Shown here: positions 9,524 through 19,100 of the stretch, in pieces
Numbering within the stretch: position 1 is the stretch's first letter
Layout: the number at the start of each line of letters is the position of its first letter
NCBI GenBank assembly: GCA_020058285.1
Contig: JAGVEL010000017.1
Span: forward strand, 2,027-66,026
DNA length: 64,000 bases
Direction: 5' to 3'
From: Candidatus Omnitrophota bacterium
GTDB lineage: Bacteria > Omnitrophota > Gorgyraeia > JAHJTE01
The notes under the pieces: generated by a model
What the model was told of the DNA's origin: nothing
What the model saw: only the letters and a program-made list of their open reading frames with translations
Databases searched by the model: none
Translations under genes and position numbers: made by a program

Positions 9524-10057
9524 GTGATTAAAAAAACAATAGTAGTAATGCTCTTTATTTTGTCTGGTTTTATTTGTTTTAATCTATGCAGTTTTGCCCA
9601 AACTACAGAACAACTTGATATTACTACTTATTACCCCAGTCCGACCGGGGTATACCAACAGCTGCGGCTTTTCCCTACAAATGTTGCTCCTGCCTGCAAT
9701 GCTAATAACGAAGGTGCGCTTTATTATAACACGAGTAAAACTCTGTTCGTATGTGATGGGACTAGCTGGCAAAAAACATATCCTGCTGACATTCCCTCTA
9801 AGACACCAGCTGGCTGGCTTCCAATAGTAACAAATTTAACTGACCCATTGGTAAATCCAGGTACAACATGCAATTTCAGTGGATACGTTGTTTGCCCGGA
9901 TGCTGGACGCATGTGTGAAGATACTGAAACTCCTCCAGGTAAATATCCTAACTTTCAATGGTGTACTGCTCATCCCGTGGACTCCTGGAAATGTAGTACT
10001 ACATCAGGACATTGTGTCGCTGATGCGCCTGGAAGAGTCCATTGTTGCACCCCATAA
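9524..10057 (+). CDS. Secreted Cys-rich protein with TTYYPSP motif (paralog 1)
   Basis: Signal peptide ending SFA-Q, ITTYYPSPTG motif, C...G.LYY...CDG..W module, Cys-rich variable C-terminus ending HCC. Confidence 0.8.
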   Translation: MIKKTIVVMLFILSGFICFNLCSFAQTTEQLDITTYYPSPTGVYQQLRLFPTNVAPACNANNEGALYYNTSKTLFVCDGTSWQKTYPADIPSKTPAGWLPIVTNLTDPLVNPGTTCNFSGYVVCPDAGRMCEDTETPPGKYPNFQWCTAHPVDSWKCSTTSGHCVADAPGRVHCCTP

Positions 10058-10083
10058 ATATATTAATAACTAAGGAGAATACG

Positions 10084-10605
10084 ATGCATAACAACAAAAC
10101 AATTTTTATAGCATTAATTGTTTTTCTTGCAGTAGCGATGTTTAATCTACCCTGCTTTGCCCAAACTACAGAACAACTTGATATTACTACTTATTACCCC
10201 AGTCCGACCGGGGTTTATCAGCAATTGCGGCTTTTCCCTAAAGATTTTGATACTACTGCTATTTGCAATGGGAAGGAAGGAACTCTAGCTTTTCACGCTA
10301 CGGACAATGCCTTATACGTTTGCGATGGCACTGGTCAATGGAAAAGAGTAGACAGGCCAACAGCCTTACAGCCAGCAGGCTGGATTACTGTTGCTACAGG
10401 TCTCGGCGACCCACTAGTTCATCCCACCACTAATTGTACCTTGAATAGTTTAATCAGTTGCCCTGATAGTGGGGGGTTTAATTGCCAGGATTCGGATGGT
10501 GTTCGAGCTGCTTCCTTCCATTGGTGGCTCGCAGTTAGCAAATGGTATTGTGCTGGCGGCTCTGCTGTTCAACTAACCGACGTACATTGCTGTTTTCCGC
10601 CTTAA
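10084..10605 (+). CDS. Secreted Cys-rich protein with TTYYPSP motif (paralog 2)
   Basis: Start moved to ATG 10084 after RBS AAGGAG (ORF track starts at 10042). Same architecture as paralog 1, with 59 identical nt. Confidence 0.8.
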   Translation: MHNNKTIFIALIVFLAVAMFNLPCFAQTTEQLDITTYYPSPTGVYQQLRLFPKDFDTTAICNGKEGTLAFHATDNALYVCDGTGQWKRVDRPTALQPAGWITVATGLGDPLVHPTTNCTLNSLISCPDSGGFNCQDSDGVRAASFHWWLAVSKWYCAGGSAVQLTDVHCCFPP

Positions 10606-10622
10606 TTATAAGATTTGCGCAC

Positions 10623-10686
10623 TGCAAGCTTTAACACAAACTCCGCAAATATACTGGCTTACCAAACCTTGCTTTTGAAATTCTTT
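10623..10686 (-). repeat. Orphan copy of the 3' end of the QueG-like gene (direct repeat of 11262-11325)
   Basis: 59/64 nt identical; encodes KEFQKQGLVSQYICGVCVKAC then SAQIL-stop (10606-10608). Confidence 0.9.
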
Positions 10687-10688
10687 AT

Positions 10689-10925
10689 CTACCCTTTTGA
10701 ATATGCCATGGCATAGCGGTCAACTAGCTCACGAATCATTCTTTGATATTTAGTGTGGTGACGTTGCGCTTGATGTTTAAAAAATTCAATGCTTGATTTT
10801 TTTAAGGATATGGTAATTTTTTTACTCTCCCCCGGAATAGCCAACTCTGCTGGCGATGGAAGGAAATCTTTAACTCTAACTAATGTGCCGATAGGCATTT
10901 CTGAATTAATCGTCTTTTTTTTCAT
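10689..10925 (-). CDS. BrnA/CopG-like antitoxin
   Basis: KKITISLKKSSIEFFK..A.....YQRMIRELVDRY ribbon-helix-helix tail; probable start ATG 10925 overlapping the toxin 3' end. Confidence 0.8.
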   Translation of the reverse strand: MKKKTINSEMPIGTLVRVKDFLPSPAELAIPGESKKITISLKKSSIEFFKHQAQRHHTKYQRMIRELVDRYAMAYSKG

Positions 10926-11193
10926 AATATTGCCTCCCTTTTCTCCAATTCCCTGCGCCGAATATTCTAATTTTTTTTCCACGATAAGTAAATCTAACAG
11001 TTAAAATTTTCCCTTCGACTTTTCCAATGCAGAAAAACCTCTGTTCTTTTTTAGTATGTTTTGAGTCAATAAAAATTTTTCTATTAGCATCGCTAAAAAC
11101 TTTTGCAGCCGTAGTGAAATCAACGTTGTGTTTACGAATATTAGTCCGCTCTTTAGCCGCATTCCAAACAAAACTTCCCAGCGCCCTATCCAT
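10906..11193 (-). CDS. BrnT family toxin
   Basis: FVWNAAKERTNIRKHNVDFTTA..VF...EQRFFCIG...LTVRFTYRG..IRIFGA pattern. Confidence 0.88.
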   Translation of the reverse strand: MDRALGSFVWNAAKERTNIRKHNVDFTTAAKVFSDANRKIFIDSKHTKKEQRFFCIGKVEGKILTVRFTYRGKKIRIFGAGNWRKGRQYYEKKDD

Positions 11194-11250
11194 GATAGAA
11201 ATATAACATATATATTGCTAATTGTCAATATAATTATACATATAATGCTA

Positions 11251-11925
11251 CTAACTGCCGTTGCAAGCTTTAACACATACCCCACAAATATACTGGCTTA
11301 CCACGCCTTGCTTTTGAAATTCTTTTAATTTTTCAAAACACCTCTGGTGGTCAAAGTCTTTTTTATCTTGCTTAATCGCTTCCACAGGGCAAGCCTTAAT
11401 ACAAGCAAAGCAGCTCCCGCAAGAAATTTTGTCCGGCAAATCTCGCTTTAGCGGCATATCCGTAAGAATTGTCGTTAATCTAAATCTTGCTCCTAAGTTT
11501 TTATTAACCAACAAATTATTTCTGCCAATCCATCCTAAACCAGCAAGATAACCAATCCGCTTATGCGATAAATGCGCCCTCTGTTTTTCCCAGTCAACAA
11601 TTTGCGATGCGGGTATAGGTAAAGCGCAAAAACCCTTGCTTTCAATAAAATTTGAAAGCCTAAAACTAAGCTGGTCAAGAAACATATTCGCGCTACGATA
11701 ATGATGAAAATAAATTTTATTCGGCGCTTCTTCAAGCGTTTTAAATATGCCTGAACTTAAAGTCACGGCAATTACTACTGCGCTATTTAAAGTCTCTATT
11801 GATTTTCCGGGCAAATTAAAATTCTCTTTTTCTTCTAATATATCCGCAACGCCAAATAAATTTGCGCCTAAAAGCAATGCCTGATTCTTTAACAGGTTAT
11901 AATTTTTAATCTTTTCTTTCGTCAT
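11251..11925 (-). CDS. Epoxyqueuosine reductase (QueG)-like 4Fe-4S protein
   Basis: SHK..GYLAGLGWIGRNNL, TILTD, CxxCxxCxxxCP and CxxCxxxC motifs. Confidence 0.8.
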   Translation of the reverse strand: MTKEKIKNYNLLKNQALLLGANLFGVADILEEKENFNLPGKSIETLNSAVVIAVTLSSGIFKTLEEAPNKIYFHHYRSANMFLDQLSFRLSNFIESKGFCALPIPASQIVDWEKQRAHLSHKRIGYLAGLGWIGRNNLLVNKNLGARFRLTTILTDMPLKRDLPDKISCGSCFACIKACPVEAIKQDKKDFDHQRCFEKLKEFQKQGVVSQYICGVCVKACNGS

Positions 11926-11944
11926 TTTGCAAATTTATTTTTTA

Positions 11945-11981
11945 TTTTACAAACTACCAACTACAAACTACTAATTACTAA
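11945..11981. repeat. Heptamer tandem repeat spanning the mnmG stop
   Basis: caaacta ccaacta caaacta ctaatta ctaact. Confidence 0.6.
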
Positions 11982-13845
11982 CTGCCTGCTTTCTGTCTTT
12001 TTCAAGCCAGGTCATTAAAATCGAAATGCTCGCCGGAGTAACTCCGCATATCCGCCAGGCACTGGCTAAAGTCAAGGGTTTAAATTTCTCAAGCTTTTCC
12101 TTAATCTCGCGCGATAATCCAGGTATATCTGAAAAATTAATATCCTTAGAGAGTTTGATCTTTTCTAAATGCCGGAATTTATCAATCTCCTCTTGCTGGC
12201 GCTTAATAAACGGCGCATATTTTATTTGACTATTGATTGCCTGAGCTAAATTGTCCGGTAAGGAAACCTGCTCGCTAAAAACGTTTAATTGTTCATAATT
12301 AATTTCCGGCCTTTGTAATAACTCTTCTAAGCTAATAGCTCTTTTTATCGGACTGCTTTTAAAAATTTTGAGAATTGCGTTGGTCTTTTCGTCAGGTTTA
12401 AGCTTAATTTTCTTTAAGCGGCTCAGTTCTGAGTCAATAATTCTTTTCTTTTCTAGAGTGGTTTCATAATCCTGTTTACTCACTAACCCCAGGGAAAAAC
12501 CAAGTTTGCCTAATCTCAAATCCGCATTATCCTCACGTAAAAGCAAACGATATTCAACGCGGGAGGTAAACATCCGGTATGGCTCATCAGTGCCCTTGGT
12601 TACCAAATCATCAATCAATACTCCGATATAGCTTGATGAGCGGTCTAAAATAAACGCTGCTCTTTTTGTTAGCTTCAGGCTGGCATTAATCCCTCCGATT
12701 AAACCTAGGCTTGCTGCTTCCTCATATCCGGTTGTACCATTAAGTTGTCCGGTCACAAAGAGATTCTCAATTAATTTTGTCTCTAAGGTTGGCTTTAGCT
12801 GTGTTGGGTCTATCATATCATGCTCAATGCCATAGCCCGGTCTGACAAATGCAGCATTTTCTAAGCCGTTTATTGACTGGATTATTTTTAGCTGCACATC
12901 CTCAGGAAGACTGGTAGATAGCCCGTTGGGATAATACTCAATAGGTTCTTGTGTCTCCGGCTCTAAGAATATTTGATGCCGGCGATGAAGAGGAAATTTA
13001 ACTATTTTATCTTCCACAGACGGACAATACCTGACCCCGCAGGCTTTGATTTTGCCTGTATAAAGCGGTGAAAGATTCAAAGAATCTCTTATTATTTTAT
13101 GAGTTTTATCATTCGTATAAGTTATAAAACAAGGAAGCTGTTTTAATCTACTTGGGTTACCATTAAATGAAAAAGCTGTTGGCTTGATATCCGGGGATTG
13201 ACTCTCTAATTTAGAAAAATCTATTGAAGAAGCCTTAATCCTGGCGCATGTTCCGGTTTTAAACCTCTTAACCTTAAAACCCAATTTAATTAAATTCTTT
13301 GATAAATTTATTGAGGCTGGCTCGTTAATCCTGCCTGCAGGAAAACTCTTCAGGCCGATATGGATAAGGCCGTTTAAAAAAGTACCACAGGCTAAAATTA
13401 CTGCTTTTGAATGAATATCTGCGTTTGCCAAAGTCCTAACGCCGACAGCCTTATTAGCCTTAGTCAGAATTTTAAGTACCTCGTCTTCTAAAATAGATAA
13501 GCCGGAAAGATTACTTAAAAAATCTATCATAAACTGGTTGTAAACTTTTCTATCAATCTGACAACGCGTAGACCAAACTGCCGGGCCTTTAGATAGATTT
13601 AGTGTACGATAACCAATTGCACAAGCGTCCGCTGCCTTAGCCATTAAACCACCCAGGGCATCAACTTCTTTAACCAGCTGGCCCTTGCCCACACCGCCGA
13701 TTGCCGGATTGCAACTCATCAAACCGATTGTCTCGCGTTTTAAGCAAATCAGCAAAGTTTTCAAACCCATCCGGCAGCAGGAAACGCTCGCCTCAATGCC
13801 CGCATGGCCTGCACCAACAACTATGATATCAAAATGGTCTTTCAT
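11971..13845 (-). CDS. mnmG: tRNA uridine-5-carboxymethylaminomethyl modification enzyme MnmG/GidA
   Basis: GAGHAGIEA, MSCNPAIGG, RYCPSVEDK, GQLNGTTGYEEAA, EPYRMFTSRVEYRL. Confidence 0.97.
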   Translation of the reverse strand: MKDHFDIIVVGAGHAGIEASVSCCRMGLKTLLICLKRETIGLMSCNPAIGGVGKGQLVKEVDALGGLMAKAADACAIGYRTLNLSKGPAVWSTRCQIDRKVYNQFMIDFLSNLSGLSILEDEVLKILTKANKAVGVRTLANADIHSKAVILACGTFLNGLIHIGLKSFPAGRINEPASINLSKNLIKLGFKVKRFKTGTCARIKASSIDFSKLESQSPDIKPTAFSFNGNPSRLKQLPCFITYTNDKTHKIIRDSLNLSPLYTGKIKACGVRYCPSVEDKIVKFPLHRRHQIFLEPETQEPIEYYPNGLSTSLPEDVQLKIIQSINGLENAAFVRPGYGIEHDMIDPTQLKPTLETKLIENLFVTGQLNGTTGYEEAASLGLIGGINASLKLTKRAAFILDRSSSYIGVLIDDLVTKGTDEPYRMFTSRVEYRLLLREDNADLRLGKLGFSLGLVSKQDYETTLEKKRIIDSELSRLKKIKLKPDEKTNAILKIFKSSPIKRAISLEELLQRPEINYEQLNVFSEQVSLPDNLAQAINSQIKYAPFIKRQQEEIDKFRHLEKIKLSKDINFSDIPGLSREIKEKLEKFKPLTLASAWRICGVTPASISILMTWLEKDRKQAVSN

Positions 13846-13897
13846 AACAATTTATATTATAACAGAAATTAGCTTCTGGGTAATCAGCAATAATAAT

Positions 13898-13991
13898 TAA
13901 TGACAAATGACAAAATTCAAATGACAAAATAATTGTTTTGTTATTTGGTATTGGAGATTATTTTGAATTTTGTGCTTTGTTATTTTAATTT
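13898..13991. repeat. Heptamer-type repeats in inverted arrangement (intergenic)
   Basis: aatgaca aatgaca aaattca aatgaca followed by T/G-rich complementary units (tttgttatttggtattgg...tttgtgctttgttatt). Confidence 0.6.
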
Positions 13992-14003
13992 AATAAGGCG
14001 GGA

Positions 14004-15290
14004 TTATTCTCTTGCGTATTTTATCAACATACCCATCAGGTCTTTACCTAAGATGATGCCCAGGCTTCCTTCTGTGCAGCTTTTTTCTGAAAAACTTAAG
14101 GAGCCGTCGGGTTTGATCCCGAGGCCGGAAATTAATAACGGCACAGGATCTGCAGAGTGGGCCTTAATTAAGCAAACCGTGGAGTGATCCGCAGTCACGG
14201 CAATCAAGGTATCGGACAATAAATCCTTTTTCTTCAGGAGTTGCCCAAAAAAGAATTTATCAATTGCGCTAATCACTTCTTTTTTTGTTTTAAAATCTCC
14301 GTCGTGAGCCGGCTCATCCGGTCCTTTTATATGGATATAAAGTCCGTCAAATTCTTTAATTTTTTCTAAAGCAATCTTTGCCCAGACGCCAAAATCAACA
14401 TCATTGTGGCCAGTGTGCGACGGCACCTCAACGATTTCTAAGCCGGTTAACAGCGCAATACCCCGCTCCACCGGCATCTCAACAAACGAACCAAAGTTAA
14501 CTCCATACAATTCTTTTATTGTCGGAAACTTTGGTAATTTATCGCCAGCATCCCGGGAAAGAATTACGTTTGCCGGCGGTTTTTTTTCAGAGAGTCTTTT
14601 TTTATTAACTAGGGAATCCTGCAACACTTTATGTGATTTATGCGTAAATTCATTAATCAGCTTTGCTGCTTCCTGAGCTGCGCCTAAATCTAGCGCCTCA
14701 TTTAAAGCCTCTGCAGCCATAAGGCGCATTTCAAATTTCTCTTTAGCTATGCCAAATGCGCCTTGCTTTTCATAAGCCGGATCCGTATTGGTAATATCAG
14801 CACAAAGCCTGCCCCTTGCACTTCTTATTATAAGAATACCGCGGTGGCCAATAGTATTTTTGAATTCAAACGTAGCATTACTAAGAATAACTTTGGAATT
14901 AATTTCTTTGGCTAAGGCTGTTGCCTCTTCAGTAGACAAATTCCTTCCAACTCTGCGGTCTAAAATAGTCAGGCCGTCGTCAGCCACTGTAGCAAAATTC
15001 ACTCTGAATGCCAAATCTCCGTCATTAACCTTTAGGCCTTCGGCAAAAGACTCTAACGGCCCCCTTCCTGTATAGTATTTGTGAGCATCAAAGCCTAATA
15101 GGCTTATTACTGCAACATCAGACTCAGGAGCAATCCCCTCGCCTACGGTGTGCATTAGGCCGGTTACGCCCTGTTGAGCAAGTTTATCCATATTTGGGGT
15201 TAATGCTGCCTCGAGAGGAGTTTTATTCCCCAGCTCTTTTATCGGCTGATCTCCCAGGCCATCTAGAACTATGTATAGGATTTTTTTCAT
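14004..15290 (-). CDS. apgM: 2,3-bisphosphoglycerate-independent phosphoglycerate mutase (archaeal ApgM type)
   Basis: LDGLGD, TPLEAA.TPNMD, YTGRGPLE, HIKGPDEPAHDG, TADHST. Confidence 0.92.
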   Translation of the reverse strand: MKKILYIVLDGLGDQPIKELGNKTPLEAALTPNMDKLAQQGVTGLMHTVGEGIAPESDVAVISLLGFDAHKYYTGRGPLESFAEGLKVNDGDLAFRVNFATVADDGLTILDRRVGRNLSTEEATALAKEINSKVILSNATFEFKNTIGHRGILIIRSARGRLCADITNTDPAYEKQGAFGIAKEKFEMRLMAAEALNEALDLGAAQEAAKLINEFTHKSHKVLQDSLVNKKRLSEKKPPANVILSRDAGDKLPKFPTIKELYGVNFGSFVEMPVERGIALLTGLEIVEVPSHTGHNDVDFGVWAKIALEKIKEFDGLYIHIKGPDEPAHDGDFKTKKEVISAIDKFFFGQLLKKKDLLSDTLIAVTADHSTVCLIKAHSADPVPLLISGLGIKPDGSLSFSEKSCTEGSLGIILGKDLMGMLIKYARE

Positions 15291-15345
15291 ACCTTCTCAC
15301 ACAAAATCAAGTTTTAACCCCTTGCTTAAAACTTGCTAATATTTC

Positions 15346-15505
15346 TGTTAAGCTTCGGCCTTGCACAATTCGCACCCGCAAAGCGGGCAAGAATTGTTCA
15401 AGATTAGTCCTAATACAATCTTGGCTGTGCCAAGATTGTGTAGGAGATTAATTCCGGCAGACAATTTATGTTCATTACATTCCATAAATTGTGCCGTCAT
15501 TAACA
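15346..15505. repeat. Multi-hairpin structured element, copy A
   Basis: Closing stem tgttaa/ttaaca around three hairpins; last hairpin cggc-ag-acaatttatg-ttcattacattc-cataaattgt-gccg is homologous to copies B and C. Confidence 0.75.
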
Positions 15506-17779
15506 CTTCGAATATCCACAGGAATGGCACTTGACGCAGCCTTCTTCGTGGCGTAAAGCACCGCCGCAATCAGGACAAACTCCGACGATGTTAGCGCTGT
15601 GCAGGCTATTTTCCACAACACTTTCTGCTTGAGCTAAAGTAGCCTCTGCTCCTGCGTTTTCCTCTATTGCATCCTTATCATTAACCAGGCGCTTCTCAAT
15701 AACCCGGGCAATAGCATCAGCACAAGAAAATATGCGCACACCCTTTTCCCAGGATGGCGACGGACATCTAATACCTCTTAATTGCTCAATGATTGATTTT
15801 AAGTCTAATTCAGAACGCAGAGACAAGGATACCAGGCGGCCAATTGCTTCAAGCTGGCTTGCTGCACACCCTCCGGCTTTGCCCATTTGAGTAAAAACTT
15901 CAAACGGCCTGCCTTGTTCATCGCAGTTTATCGTGACATAAAGATTGCCGCAGCCTGTTGCAACCTTTGTCGTCGTGCCGCATACAACCTCTGGCCTGGG
16001 CCGAGGCGTAATCTTTCCTTTTGGTATTGATATTTCCTTATCTTTTTCTGTTGATTTGCCTACATTTAAAACCTGTTCTTCGCGGCTGCCATCACGATAA
16101 ATCGTAACGCCTTTACATCCTAATTTAAAAGCTGACAAGTAAACTTGCCGCACATCATTCTCTGTAGCTGCTTTAGAAAAATTCACTGTTTTAGACACTG
16201 CGTTATCCGTATATTTTTGGAATGCAGCCTGCATCCGCGCATGCCAAATAGGCGAGATATCATGGGCAGTGACAAAAACCCTGCGCACATCCTCGGGGAT
16301 TTCTTTAATCTGGGCTAGCGAGTTCGTCTCAGCAACAGCCTCCATAAGTTTACGTGAATAAAAATTTCTTTCTTTAGCCACTTGTTCAAATATCGGATCA
16401 ACCTCAACCAGTTTATCATTATCCATAACGTTGCGATAATAAGAAATCGCAAATAACGGCTCTATCCCTGAAGAACATGGCCCGGCAATAATGCTAATCG
16501 TTCCCGTCGGAGCAATTGTAGTCAATGTCGCATTTCTCAAAGCTAAAGGAGGATTTAATTTAGCATATCTACTTTTATTAAACGCCGGAAAAGGCCCGCG
16601 TTTTTTGGCAATCTTCACAGAAGCCTTTTGCGATTCTTTTAAAATAAACGACATCAATTTTTCAGCTAAAATAAGCGCCTCTTCGCTATCATAAGGGATA
16701 TTTAATAAAAGAAGCAAGCTAGCCCAGCCCATTACTCCCAGGCCGATTTTCCTATTTCTCCGGGTATTTTCCTCAATCTGTTTAAGCGGGAATTTATTGA
16801 CATCAATTAGATTATCCAGGAAGTGTACGGCAAGATAAACTATCCTTTGTAACTTATCCCAATCTATCTCATATTTTAAATCCTGTTTCTTAACCATCTT
16901 ACAAAGATTAATTGAACCCAGGCAACAGCTTTCAAAAGGTAAAAGCGGCTGCTCACCGCAAGGGTTAGTGCTTTCAATCTCGCCCAGCTCCGGAGTAGGA
17001 TTATCTTTATTAACTCGGTCAATGAAGATAATTCCCGGCTCGCCGTTGTTATGAGCCATCTTCACAATCAAATCAAAGACCTCTTTTGTATTTAGTTCTC
17101 TGACTTTATTTTTTGTATGCGGGTCAATTAAATCGTAATTCTCGTTTTTTTCCAACCTTTTCATGAAATCATCAGTAACTGCTACGGAAATATTAAAATT
17201 GGATATTTGTTTGTCTTTGGCCTTACAGGTAATAAACTCCATTATATCCGGATGATCTACGCGTAATATCCCCATATTTGCCCCGCGCCGAGTACCGCCT
17301 TGTTTAACTGCCTCAGTTGCCGCGTCAAAAACCTTCATAAATGAAACCGGGCCTGAAGCTATGCCACCCGTAGAGCAAACCTGGCTATTTTTGGCTCGCA
17401 GCCGGGAAAAAGAAAAACCTGTACCTCCGCCGGTTTTATGAATGAGCGCTGTGGATTTTATCGCATCAAAAATACTCTCCATCGAATCATCAATCGGCAA
17501 AGTAAAACAAGCTGAGAGCTGGCCACCGGGTTTTCCTGCATTCATAAGACACGGGCTGTTGGGCATAAACTCTAGCTCAATCATCGCCTTATAAAAGCTC
17601 TCTGAAATTTGCTCAACTTCAAGATGGGTTGCTTTATAGAGTTTATCTGCGCTGGCTATCGCGCTGGCCACGCGCCTAAATAGCTGTTCCGGAGTCTCGA
17701 CAACCTTTCCTTCTGCATCTTTTTTAAGATAGCGCCTTTCCAAAACTTTTAAGGCATTTTCAGATAACTTAACGCTCAT
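15500..17779 (-). CDS. nrdJ: Class II (B12-dependent) ribonucleotide reductase with C-terminal TSCPD/Zn-ribbon domain
   Basis: PNSP, QLSACF, GGGTG, TNPCGEQ, TIAPTGT, KGVTIYRDGSR, C-terminal CxxC...EGC..CxxCG. Confidence 0.93.
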   Translation of the reverse strand: MSVKLSENALKVLERRYLKKDAEGKVVETPEQLFRRVASAIASADKLYKATHLEVEQISESFYKAMIELEFMPNSPCLMNAGKPGGQLSACFTLPIDDSMESIFDAIKSTALIHKTGGGTGFSFSRLRAKNSQVCSTGGIASGPVSFMKVFDAATEAVKQGGTRRGANMGILRVDHPDIMEFITCKAKDKQISNFNISVAVTDDFMKRLEKNENYDLIDPHTKNKVRELNTKEVFDLIVKMAHNNGEPGIIFIDRVNKDNPTPELGEIESTNPCGEQPLLPFESCCLGSINLCKMVKKQDLKYEIDWDKLQRIVYLAVHFLDNLIDVNKFPLKQIEENTRRNRKIGLGVMGWASLLLLLNIPYDSEEALILAEKLMSFILKESQKASVKIAKKRGPFPAFNKSRYAKLNPPLALRNATLTTIAPTGTISIIAGPCSSGIEPLFAISYYRNVMDNDKLVEVDPIFEQVAKERNFYSRKLMEAVAETNSLAQIKEIPEDVRRVFVTAHDISPIWHARMQAAFQKYTDNAVSKTVNFSKAATENDVRQVYLSAFKLGCKGVTIYRDGSREEQVLNVGKSTEKDKEISIPKGKITPRPRPEVVCGTTTKVATGCGNLYVTINCDEQGRPFEVFTQMGKAGGCAASQLEAIGRLVSLSLRSELDLKSIIEQLRGIRCPSPSWEKGVRIFSCADAIARVIEKRLVNDKDAIEENAGAEATLAQAESVVENSLHSANIVGVCPDCGGALRHEEGCVKCHSCGYSKC

Positions 17780-17922
17780 TTTACCACCCTTTTTTTAACG
17801 CTAAAACGCGAAAATTGGTTATTAAAATATTTATATCGCTAAACCACAAAGATTTTTTTGCGGCCTTAAGCGGTGTAATCTGTATTTTTTATTTGTATTT
17901 TTTGCGATTTTGCGGTGTAAAG

Positions 17923-17951
17923 AGTATAACTCTGATTTTTATGCCTGTCAA
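17923..17951 (-). promoter_or_regulatory. Sigma70-type promoter of nrdJ
   Basis: TTGACA-17 nt-TATACT on the - strand. Confidence 0.75.
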
Positions 17952-17958
17952 GGTAAAA

Positions 17959-18005
17959 ATACTACATATAGTATGTGCTTAAAATTTAAACACAATAAGT
18001 GGTAT
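17959..18005. promoter_or_regulatory. Tandem NrdR boxes
   Basis: atACTACATATAGTat (17959-17974) and acACAATAAGTGGTat (17990-18005) resemble acaCwAtATaTwGtgt; starts are 31 bp apart, directly upstream of the nrdJ -35. Confidence 0.8.
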
Positions 18006-18015
18006 TTACCCCGAC

Positions 18016-19020
18016 TTAACTTTTAGGCCTAAATGCAGTTACTGAATCGCGTATAACCAGTTGCGGTTTTAATGCTGCATTTTTCAAACTTACTGGTTTT
18101 CCGGCAATAAGGTAGAGGAGTGTTTCTAAGGCCTTTTCGCACATCTCATTTAAAGGCTGATGAACTGTAGTCAAGCGAATCTGGCCAAAAAGCCCTATTG
18201 GATCATCATCAAAACCGATTACAGAGATATCCTGGGGGACATTTATTCTTTTTTCAGCCAACGCTGAAATAGCCTCCATTGCCATATCATCGCTGGCCAC
18301 AAATATGGCTGTTGGCCTTTTGTCCGTCTTGATAATTGCCTCCACTGCCTTGCGGCTGGAATTACGTGAATAATCTGCCTTGAATATATATTTATCGCTT
18401 GCCAAAATTCCTTTATCAACAAGCGCCTTTTTATATCCGGCGAGCCGCTCGCTTGCAGCCTGGGTATTCAAGTCTCCGGAGATATGAGCGATAATCTTAT
18501 GGTTTAAACCAATCAGATAATTCACCGCCTCATATGCGCCGGCTTTGTTATCAATATAAACGCAGTTTACCTGGGATTGTTCAAAATTTCTATTTATGAC
18601 TACGCTGGGTATGCCTTGTTTTATTGCTTCGTCAACCTGGGCAACATTATCAATTATATCCGCAAACACAATACCATCAACCGCATTAAAATTAAGCACA
18701 GCGTTTCTGGTGCTTAAGTGTAAAAGTAAATCCATGCGCATCCGCTCACAAACAGCGCCAATAGCGCGGATAATCTCAATGGCATAAAATGAATGGAATA
18801 AGCCCGGATAAAAAGGTATAACCAGGCCGATAGTGTTGGTTTTTCCGCCGGCAAGGCGTTGTGCGCTTATATTTGGCTTAAACTTCAACTTGCGGATTGC
18901 TTCTTCGACCCGGAGGCGGTTTTTTGCAGTTACGGAAGGAGTTTTATTTATTACGCGCGAAACTGTAGTAATAGATACATTAGCTACTTTAGCTACATCT
19001 TGAATAGTAACTTTATTCAC
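18016..19020 (-). CDS. LacI family transcriptional regulator
   Basis: TIQDVAKVANVSITTVSRVIN HTH; VPQDISVIGFDD, LTTVHQP. Confidence 0.95.
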   Translation of the reverse strand: MNKVTIQDVAKVANVSITTVSRVINKTPSVTAKNRLRVEEAIRKLKFKPNISAQRLAGGKTNTIGLVIPFYPGLFHSFYAIEIIRAIGAVCERMRMDLLLHLSTRNAVLNFNAVDGIVFADIIDNVAQVDEAIKQGIPSVVINRNFEQSQVNCVYIDNKAGAYEAVNYLIGLNHKIIAHISGDLNTQAASERLAGYKKALVDKGILASDKYIFKADYSRNSSRKAVEAIIKTDKRPTAIFVASDDMAMEAISALAEKRINVPQDISVIGFDDDPIGLFGQIRLTTVHQPLNEMCEKALETLLYLIAGKPVSLKNAALKPQLVIRDSVTAFRPKS

Positions 19021-19100
19021 TGTAATTTTAAAAAAAAGAAATATCTATTAATGACAAGCTTTTTAAAAAAGCTTAAAGGAAAGCTTCTTATTTTTTATTC

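Noticed and set aside
15348-15569. 73-aa ORF with a CxxC-like ending downstream of nrdJ
   Set aside because: It overlaps the nrdJ 3' end and runs through the hairpin element; better explained as non-coding structure.
15500-17779. Intein or intron in nrdJ
   Set aside because: Length and motif spacing are normal, with no splicing motifs or insertion.
17780-17922. Cobalamin riboswitch upstream of the B12-dependent nrdJ
   Set aside because: The leader is AT-rich short repeats without recognisable B12-box or conserved core elements; NrdR boxes explain the regulation.
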